From the NCBI GenBank assembly GCA_003483065.1, contig DMWY01000007.1:10452-74451 (forward strand): a DNA stretch of 64,000 nucleotides. The letters are read 5' to 3'. Positions 57,969-64,000 of this stretch are shown here, one piece after another. Made by a program: the position numbers and the translations under genes. How positions within the stretch are numbered: the stretch's first letter is position 1; each line of letters starts with the position of its first letter. The notes under the pieces are model-generated. The model had not been told where the DNA came from, made no database searches, and was given only the letters and a program-made list of their open reading frames with translations. This DNA is from Candidatus Moraniibacteriota bacterium (lineage in GTDB: Bacteria; Patescibacteriota; Minisyncoccia; Moranbacterales; UBA2206).

Positions 57969-59432
57969 TTAATTTTTAATTTTCTTTTTTAAAATTACAA
58001 CAATTCCTACTAAAATTATATACCAAATCACCACTCCCCACCACGCAATTTTCATTTCAATTGAAGCATATTTCAAACTAGCCAGATAATTTATAGTGAC
58101 TGTTTCATATTTCAAAGGTAGATAAGTCAGCCAAGAAAAAATGATTGCGATTGGTTCGAAAACAAAACTAAACATAATTGCCACAAAACCCAAAAGCATT
58201 GTGAGTGGGATAATAGGCAAAATTAGGATATTCGCCAAAAGTGAAATAAGCGAAAGTGTTCCAAAATTGAACATAATAATTGGCAAAACAAAAATCTGCG
58301 CGGAAAGTGAAAGGAAAAGAATTTCTGCAACTGAAGAGACGAGGCAGTGCCTCGTCTCTACAAGATGCAAAAAATAATTTTCGAAAAATGGATAGAGATA
58401 AACTATGCCGATTGTCGCTAGAAAAGAAAGTTGAAAGCCGATGTCCCAGCGAAGAAGGAGCGGATTAGCCAAGAGCATAACGCAAGCAGAAAACAAGATA
58501 GCATTCTGAGTATTCCCTAATCGACCATTTTTCATGGCCCAAATGAGAAGCACGCCCATCAGCCCCGCCCGCACAGCCGAAGCACTAAGTCCCGTGAGAA
58601 TCACAAAAAGAATTATCCCAGTCACTGCAAACCAAAAAGCTTGCCGTCGCCACAGTCCCAAAAATATTCCCAGAAGCATCAAATATTCAGCAATAATTGT
58701 CACATTATATCCAGACACCGCCACAACGTGCGTCATCCCCGTGCGTGAAAAATTATCTTTCACCTCTTTTGACAATTGGTTGCTTCCACCCAAAAGAAGA
58801 CCCGAGAGAAGTCCGGACTCTGGTGCGGGAATTAATTGATTTATCTTTTCATTGAAGTTATTTTTAATTGATATCAAAACTGCCAGAAATCTGTTGCCAT
58901 TATTTTTTTCTAACTTTTCTATTTTCGGATTTTTGCATTCATAAAAAATCCCGTCTTTCGCCAAATACATTTGATAGTCAAAGTTTTCATCAAAATTTTT
59001 CGGCCTTTCAAGAACGCAATTTATTTTTAGCCTATCGCCATAATTGTATTTTTCATAAATACTAGCGTTAAGCAAAAATTTTTCCCTCTTGTTGTCAGCC
59101 GAAACAAGAATAAGTTGCTGAATTTTTTCTTTCATCACTGGCTCTTTGGAAATCATAACTATGCCCGAAAAATTCTGCTTGTCTGCATTCAGATTTTTTA
59201 TTTTTTCCAATCTCAAATTTGCGAGCCAAAAACCACAAACAAAAAATCCCAAAGCAAAACCAAAAAGAACGACTTTTTTATTTTCCCAAAATACTGCCAC
59301 AATAGAAAGCGTGAAAACAAAAGAAAAATAAAATAAACTAGCACTTAATATCTGCGGATAATAAAAAGAAGCAATTGCTATGCCTCCGATAAAAGATAAG
59401 GAAAAAATGAAAAATATACGGTATTTGGTCAT
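57969..59432 (-). CDS. comEC: DNA internalisation competence protein ComEC/Rec2 (channel domain only)
   Basis: DUF4131-like N-terminus and the multi-TM competence domain; lacks the C-terminal MBL domain. Confidence 0.8.
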   Translation of the reverse strand: MTKYRIFFIFSLSFIGGIAIASFYYPQILSASLFYFSFVFTLSIVAVFWENKKVVLFGFALGFFVCGFWLANLRLEKIKNLNADKQNFSGIVMISKEPVMKEKIQQLILVSADNKREKFLLNASIYEKYNYGDRLKINCVLERPKNFDENFDYQMYLAKDGIFYECKNPKIEKLEKNNGNRFLAVLISIKNNFNEKINQLIPAPESGLLSGLLLGGSNQLSKEVKDNFSRTGMTHVVAVSGYNVTIIAEYLMLLGIFLGLWRRQAFWFAVTGIILFVILTGLSASAVRAGLMGVLLIWAMKNGRLGNTQNAILFSACVMLLANPLLLRWDIGFQLSFLATIGIVYLYPFFENYFLHLVETRHCLVSSVAEILFLSLSAQIFVLPIIMFNFGTLSLISLLANILILPIIPLTMLLGFVAIMFSFVFEPIAIIFSWLTYLPLKYETVTINYLASLKYASIEMKIAWWGVVIWYIILVGIVVILKKKIKN

Positions 59433-59480
59433 GCTTGACTTTAAGTATTTTTTATGTTAGGATATTCGGTTCATTAGCAA

Positions 59481-59890
59481 TTAAGCTATTGAATAAAAAA
59501 GGAGGTGCGTTATGAACTTTCATAGCGGTTTTGCCTAATTTTAGATGGGATAGTTCTCCCACTATTCCATTAAATCAAAAAATGACAAAAAATAAAACAA
59601 ACCCGCCTACGTCTAGTTGAGTAGGAACGACAAACTGTCATCTTTGTAGTATTCCCCTTGGAGCAAGAAGGTGCTTATGACAGTTTTAGCGAGGCGGTTG
59701 TATGAATGGGCAAATCATACAATAGGGAGTTCGCCGTGAGGATATCCTTCTTTACGCAGTATCCTCTTTACGGTTTACAAGCTTAGTAATAATATTTTGG
59801 GAAAGATAGAAAGTTATCTTATCTTACTACTAAGACAGTGGAATCTACCCCGAGTGCATATTGACTCCCAAAGCAATATGCACTTTTTTT
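59481..59890 (+). ncRNA. Candidate structured RNA (~400 nt) with an 8-codon leader ORF and a strong intrinsic terminator; class unknown
   Basis: Promoter-like TTGACT-N17-TAGGAT (59446-59474). RBS AAGGAGGTG followed by ATG AAC TTT CAT AGC GGT TTT GCC TAA (59512-59538, MNFHSGFA). Several hairpins: 10-bp aaactgtcat/atgacagttt, ttgtatga/tcatacaa, gaggata/tatcctc and gggatagt/actattcc. Terminator gtgcatattg..caatatgcac plus a T7 run (59854-59890). No plus-strand gene follows. Confidence 0.3.
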
Positions 59891-59904
59891 ATTGTAAAAT
59901 TTTT

Positions 59905-60123
59905 TCAAATTATTTCCACCAGTTTTTTTCGCGTAGATTTGCCACCGATAATCGACACTAGACTTTTTGGCACATCAAAATGTTCTGCCAAAATTTCAAT
60001 CAGCATTTTGTTGGCCTCGCCATCAACTGGTGGTGCAGTTATTTTAACTTTATATTCCCCCTCTGAAATTTTAACTACCTCATTTTTGGAAGAACGAGGA
60101 ATGACTTTAACATAAATTCTCAT
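59905..60123 (-). CDS. DUF167 (YggU) family protein
   Basis: MRIYVKVIPRSSKNEVV...KVKITAPPVDGEANKMLIEILAEHFDVPKSLVSIIGGKSTRKKLVEI matches the YggU/DUF167 consensus. Confidence 0.8.
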   Translation of the reverse strand: MRIYVKVIPRSSKNEVVKISEGEYKVKITAPPVDGEANKMLIEILAEHFDVPKSLVSIIGGKSTRKKLVEII

Positions 60124-60175
60124 AAAAATTAGTTTTTATTTTACTACCGTATACTAGAATACGGTAGTATTTAAA

Positions 60176-61048
60176 CTAGGCTGTATTGATTCTTTGCTTG
60201 ATTGAGTTGAAAATTCTAGAAATTATATTAACCACAAAGAGAAGCATTAAAAATGCATTGGCATAAATAAAAATATTTCGCACAATCAAATTTTTCATAT
60301 CCGTTCCAAGTTGAAGTGCATGGAGAATCACAAAAATCCACAAAACTAAATTGAAAAAATGGATGAGTCGCCAGACACGAAAATTGATAAATTTTCGAAG
60401 ATATGAGCTGACTATTAATATCAACATCAAATAGAGAGAGATGATTCCCATTGCAAGATAAATTGGTTCTACGCCAACTTTAGTTGCGCTCTCTGAAAGA
60501 GGAAAAAATGGCACGAAAATATTAGCCAAATTAAAGGCGAGAAATTTGTCAAAAAGCAAACTCACTCCATGAAGCAAAGCAAACAGCAGAGCTTGCACTG
60601 AAATCCAACCGTGAATGTCCAAAGAATAAATGGGTGAAATTATTTTTCGAAGTAGTGGGTTTCGAATAGCAATTCCAAAAAATATCGAAAGATACAAAAG
60701 AAAAAATCCAATTAGCGCGCTGGCACGCGTGAGATACCACCCCCAAGGAACTTCGATTTCTGCTAAATTTGCGCTGTAGACCTCTGCGATTGATGGTGAA
60801 GCACTGTCTAGCGGGTCATTTCCAGTCATAACTTCTGCTCCATCTATTATCCCGTCCTTATCAGTGTCGGGATTTTTTGGCTCAGTAGTATAAATTTGTT
60901 TTTCCCCTTCATCGGTGAGCCCGTCCAGGTCGCTGTCCGTAATAACATCGTTTCCGTAGTCAACTTTTTTTTCTTCTGCTTTCGAAAAATTAAAATTAAA
61001 TATGAAAAAAAATAAAATTATTGCTAATATAAATATTTGTTTTTTCAT
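60176..61048 (-). CDS. Ferric-reductase-like transmembrane (heme-binding) protein with N-terminal secreted Ca-binding-type Asp repeats
   Basis: Signal peptide; DSDLDGLTDEGE and DTDKDGIIDG repeats; six TM helices with paired His (ALLHGVS, ILHALQLG), as in FRD/YedZ-like heme b domains. Confidence 0.5.
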   Translation of the reverse strand: MKKQIFILAIILFFFIFNFNFSKAEEKKVDYGNDVITDSDLDGLTDEGEKQIYTTEPKNPDTDKDGIIDGAEVMTGNDPLDSASPSIAEVYSANLAEIEVPWGWYLTRASALIGFFLLYLSIFFGIAIRNPLLRKIISPIYSLDIHGWISVQALLFALLHGVSLLFDKFLAFNLANIFVPFFPLSESATKVGVEPIYLAMGIISLYLMLILIVSSYLRKFINFRVWRLIHFFNLVLWIFVILHALQLGTDMKNLIVRNIFIYANAFLMLLFVVNIISRIFNSIKQRINTA

Positions 61049-61159
61049 TTTTTATAGTTTACTAAAGTACGAATCTAGCTAAATTACCTGCCTCGCCGGC
61101 AGGCGGGCGAATAAAGATAATAAGGATTAGTAATTTCGTTTAATTCGTATTTTCGTAAA

Positions 61160-62080
61160 TCAAATTATTTGTTTCATTTTTTCTGATAAATATACATTCC
61201 CTCGATAGTCCAAAAAAATTGCTGGGATTTTTTTCTGATTAGCATATTCCATTCCTCTTTTTTGCCCCATGAGATATAGCACCTTAGCTAAAACATCGGC
61301 TCTTTCGCAAATTTCAGCTTTCACCGTCACTGATTTCAAATCAAAAGAAAAATCATATGGACGCAAAGGATTAATTAAGTGATGATATTTTTCGCCACTA
61401 GTTTCCCATTTTTTTCTGGTTATACCCGAAGTCGCCACAGCTGAATTTTCTAAATTTAGAATAATCTTATCCTGCGAAATCCCTTCGACCTCTATCCCCC
61501 AACTTTCTTTACTTTCATTTTTCCCTTTGGCAAAAATGTCTCCGCCAGAATCAACCAAGAAATTTTGCCAGCCGGAGTTTTCGAGATACTGCGAAATCAA
61601 ATCAGTGATATAACCCTTGGCGATTCCGGAAAAATCCATTCTTTGTCCAAAAAAAACTTGGTCGTCTTTTATTTTCAAGTCATCCGTTAATTTATTTTTT
61701 GGAAAAATTTTGTCTTTTTCAATTTCCTTTTGGGAAAAAGTGTTAATCCTAAAATCTTTTTCATAGCCTACATTTTCCAAGATTTCCAGTATCCGCGGGT
61801 CGAAATAACCTCCACTTTCCTTGTAGTATTCCAATGATTTTTGTGCTAAAAACAGGATGTCTTCCGAGGCAGTTTTGAAAATTCCAAGATTTTCATTTAA
61901 TTTTGAAAGTTCACTTTTTTCAATAAACCGACTGAAAATTTTTTCTTTGTCTTGATATATTTTTTTTATCTCTTCCAGAATATCCTTAGCATCTTCAATA
62001 TTTTTTTCCTTATCAATAACCAAAAATATTTTTATCTCCGTGCCAAGCGCCCTAAATTCCTGCGAAAAAATTGAATTCAT
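61160..62080 (-). CDS. apbE: FAD:protein FMN transferase (ApbE family)
   Basis: FRALGTEIKIFLV (ApbE xxMGT motif region), DSGGD, and C-terminal ApbE blocks. Confidence 0.8.
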   Translation of the reverse strand: MNSIFSQEFRALGTEIKIFLVIDKEKNIEDAKDILEEIKKIYQDKEKIFSRFIEKSELSKLNENLGIFKTASEDILFLAQKSLEYYKESGGYFDPRILEILENVGYEKDFRINTFSQKEIEKDKIFPKNKLTDDLKIKDDQVFFGQRMDFSGIAKGYITDLISQYLENSGWQNFLVDSGGDIFAKGKNESKESWGIEVEGISQDKIILNLENSAVATSGITRKKWETSGEKYHHLINPLRPYDFSFDLKSVTVKAEICERADVLAKVLYLMGQKRGMEYANQKKIPAIFLDYRGNVYLSEKMKQII

Positions 62081-62419
62081 TTATTCGAATTTATCCACTA
62101 TGCCGTTTTTGTTATTGTCTTCTACGATATAAATTTCTGAAATTGCCGGATGAGGATCAGTTTCATCCAAAATCCCATCACCGTCACTATCCTTATGGAT
62201 TGTAGTTTTTGTCGTGGTTTCAACTTTAGTGGAAACTGAAGGCTGAGTAATAATAGTTTTTGTTGTAGTTTGTGGTTTGTAATCCTCATCATCTTCTTCG
62301 TCTCCTTCCTCATTCCTTTCCTCAGTTTCATTATCGTCATCCGCTTTGACAAAATAAAAATTTGTCGCAAAAAGCACAGGGATCAGGAGTATAAAAATAA
62401 ATTTCAAAAATTTTTTCAT
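62081..62419 (-). CDS. Hypothetical secreted acidic protein with DxDGDG Ca-binding-like motif
   Basis: Signal peptide, acidic stretch, Thr-rich segment, DSDGDGILDETDP. Confidence 0.45.
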   Translation of the reverse strand: MKKFLKFIFILLIPVLFATNFYFVKADDDNETEERNEEGDEEDDEDYKPQTTTKTIITQPSVSTKVETTTKTTIHKDSDGDGILDETDPHPAISEIYIVEDNNKNGIVDKFE

Positions 62420-62427
62420 AATATTTT

Positions 62428-62748
62428 TTATGATGTTTTGGTTTTTGTAGTAGTCTTTTTGGCTGGCGATGGAGTGCTAGTCGTCGTAGTTTTGGCCGTC
62501 ACATTATCCACTTGCTTTGTTTGTTTGGGAGAATTGTTTTGACTATTTAGCTTTGTCTCTCTATCCTGAAAAATTGCATTTTGTGTTTCTAAAATTTTTG
62601 GATCAATTGAGCCAGTGCTCAAAAGCGCTTCTTTTTGTGCTAGCAATCTATCATTGTCCTTGTTTTTAATTATCAAAAAACCAATGACGAGCAAAAGCGC
62701 ATTGATGATAAAAACTAATATGCCGGTTGATTTACTTTTCTCTACCAT
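62428..62748 (-). CDS. Hypothetical membrane-anchored Thr/Lys-rich protein
   Basis: N-terminal TM, coiled segment, C-terminal TTTTSTPSPAKKTTTKTKTS low-complexity tail. Confidence 0.45.
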   Translation of the reverse strand: MVEKSKSTGILVFIINALLLVIGFLIIKNKDNDRLLAQKEALLSTGSIDPKILETQNAIFQDRETKLNSQNNSPKQTKQVDNVTAKTTTTSTPSPAKKTTTKTKTS

Positions 62749-62776
62749 AGATTAATTATATAACAATTTATAAAAA

Positions 62777-63493
62777 TTATCTAATACCCATTTGAGTAAA
62801 GTTTTTCTCAATTTTTTCTTTGATTTTTTCCAAGTCAATCGTTTTATTCTTTGTTTTCTTTTTCAAATTTTGATCCAAAATTTTAGTTTCCTCATATTTT
62901 TGAAGCCAATAAACACGCGCGCCCTTGATCCATTTGGCAATTTCCAAAAAATCTTTCTGAGTATGAATCCCCGGAACGACTGTGGTGCGAAATTCATAGG
63001 GAATCCTACTGTTCATTATCAAATCAACACTTAATTTCACTCGATCCAGTACAGACGCAAAATTTTGCGTCTCTGCAATACCGACGGTTTTTAGATAATT
63101 CTTTGGCTGATTTTTGATATCCATTGCAATATAATCCACTAATTTCAAATCAATAATTTTCTTGAGCACATCCGACCGACTACCATTAGTATCGAGTTTT
63201 ATCAAAAATCCCAACCTCTTAACCTTTTTTATAAATTCAATAATATCCAGTTGAATGGTTGGTTCTCCTCCCGTAATACACACGCCTTGTAGTTTATCTT
63301 TCCTTTTTTTCAAAAATTCAAAAAATTCTTTTTCTGAATTATTTTGCGAAGAAGCAAAATTTGTCGTACCTACGACTAATTCTGGATTATGGCAAAAAGG
63401 ACAACGAAAAGAACAGCCACTAGTAAAAACCGTCGTGGCTAATTTGCCCGGATAATCAATAAGTGTCAATTTTTGAAAGCCACCGATGACCAT
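62777..63493 (-). CDS. nrdG: Anaerobic ribonucleoside-triphosphate reductase activating protein (radical SAM, NrdG-like)
   Basis: MVIGGFQKLTLIDYPGKLATTVFTSGCSFRCPFCHNPELV (CxxxCxxC) and CITGGEPT; start set at the internal ATG 63491-63493 (ORF extends to 63610). Confidence 0.8.
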   Translation of the reverse strand: MVIGGFQKLTLIDYPGKLATTVFTSGCSFRCPFCHNPELVVGTTNFASSQNNSEKEFFEFLKKRKDKLQGVCITGGEPTIQLDIIEFIKKVKRLGFLIKLDTNGSRSDVLKKIIDLKLVDYIAMDIKNQPKNYLKTVGIAETQNFASVLDRVKLSVDLIMNSRIPYEFRTTVVPGIHTQKDFLEIAKWIKGARVYWLQKYEETKILDQNLKKKTKNKTIDLEKIKEKIEKNFTQMGIR

Positions 63494-63548
63494 AGTTTTA
63501 AATAGGGCAATCCCGAGTACTCGGGATTGCCCCACTATCTTTTTTTGA

Positions 63549-63803
63549 TTAACAGCAGGTTGCTGGTTTGTACTCTTTTCTATCCTTATATTCCTCAGCT
63601 TTGCCGGCATTCCATTGCGACACAGGACGGATATAGCCTACTATACGAGAATAGACTTCCGTTTCTTGAAAATTTCGCAGTACTGAATCAGCTTCATGAC
63701 ATTTTCGGCATTTGAAAAATTCTCCGCTATTTGTTTCATATTTTGCAACTTCATCATTGTTTTCCAATTCTTTTTTGCAATCATGACATATTTGTTTTTT
63801 CAT
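63549..63803 (-). CDS. Stand-alone NrdD C-terminal module: zinc ribbon plus glycyl-radical loop (84 aa)
   Basis: CHDC...CRKC zinc ribbon, then EVYSRIVGYIRPVSQWNAGKAEEYKDRKE, the class III RNR glycyl radical motif. About 80 percent nucleotide identity to the nrdD 3' end just upstream (63846-63930). Confidence 0.6.
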   Translation of the reverse strand: MKKQICHDCKKELENNDEVAKYETNSGEFFKCRKCHEADSVLRNFQETEVYSRIVGYIRPVSQWNAGKAEEYKDRKEYKPATCC

Positions 63804-63843
63804 ATTTTTTTTGTTTTAATAATTAATTTTATTTAAATTTATT

Positions 63844-64000
63844 TTATTTCTTTACTACTACAAACTCCTTGCGATCTTTATACTCTTCACTTTTACCAGC
63901 GTTCCATTGTTCCACTGGTCGGATATAGCCCACGATTCGAGAATAGACTTCACATTTTTGTTCAATTACGCATTTTGGACAAGTCTTGTGTTCCCCTTCA
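63844..64000 (-). CDS. nrdD: Anaerobic ribonucleoside-triphosphate reductase NrdD, C-terminal end; runs off the window end
   Basis: Minus-strand translation gives ...EGEHKTCPKCVIEQKCEVYSRIVGYIRPVEQWNAGKSEEYKDRKEFVVVKK*, the NrdD C-terminal Zn ribbon and glycyl radical loop; stop at 63844-63846. Confidence 0.7.
   Translation of the reverse strand, partial: EGEHKTCPKCVIEQKCEVYSRIVGYIRPVEQWNAGKSEEYKDRKEFVVVKK

Noticed and set aside
59481-59890. RNase P RNA or tmRNA identity for the structured RNA
   Set aside because: RNase P lacks support: no GGAAAGUCCGG P4 strand and no CCGG. tmRNA lacks support: no T-arm GGTTCGA, no acceptor, no ...ALAA tag frame. It is left as an unclassified candidate.
59861-60115. 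Plus-strand 84-aa ORF downstream of the candidate ncRNA
   Set aside because: It lies entirely antisense to the well-supported DUF167/YggU gene and is low-complexity, so it is spurious.

Overview
AT-rich, gene-dense bacterial window. Most genes are on the minus strand, intergenic regions are short, and the content looks like Candidate Phyla Radiation / Patescibacteria: small cell-wall and translation genes and many short membrane proteins. From 5' to 3': a nucleotide-sugar and glycan cluster (partial GT4, UDPGP-like, rmlA, glyA, rmlD, a GT4 MraY/WecA-like transferase, a processive GT2, DUF192); prfA and prmC separated by an opposite-strand hypothetical; rmuC, cupin, TspO, two small GIY-YIG proteins and a VOC protein; a Cas4-like PD-(D/E)XK nuclease, a SHOCT protein, engB and a HelD/UvrD-like helicase; a truncated dcw cluster (mraZ-rsmH-ftsL-ftsI-murF); HD, DUF3795 and DUF3800 proteins; typA; an ECF sigma module followed by a MacA/MacB/FtsX efflux system; dnaX; tRNA-Gln(UUG) followed by a RhuM protein, a CadC-like membrane regulator and membrane proteins; a pentapeptide-repeat protein; a frameshifted PBP1A; rplL-rplJ-rpsP-smc-rnc-nusB-rpmF; comEC split from its MBL domain by a lytic-transglycosylase-like gene; an ApbE and ferric-reductase-like module; and nrdG with a stand-alone NrdD C-terminal glycyl-radical mini-gene next to the nrdD 3' end. 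Non-coding signals: several intrinsic terminators, a candidate MraZ operator, a structured rplJ leader, a GC-rich palindromic insert flanked by 9-bp direct repeats, a dispersed ~42-nt intergenic motif, a repeat-containing dnaX leader, and two candidate small or structured RNAs. No rRNA or CRISPR array seen.
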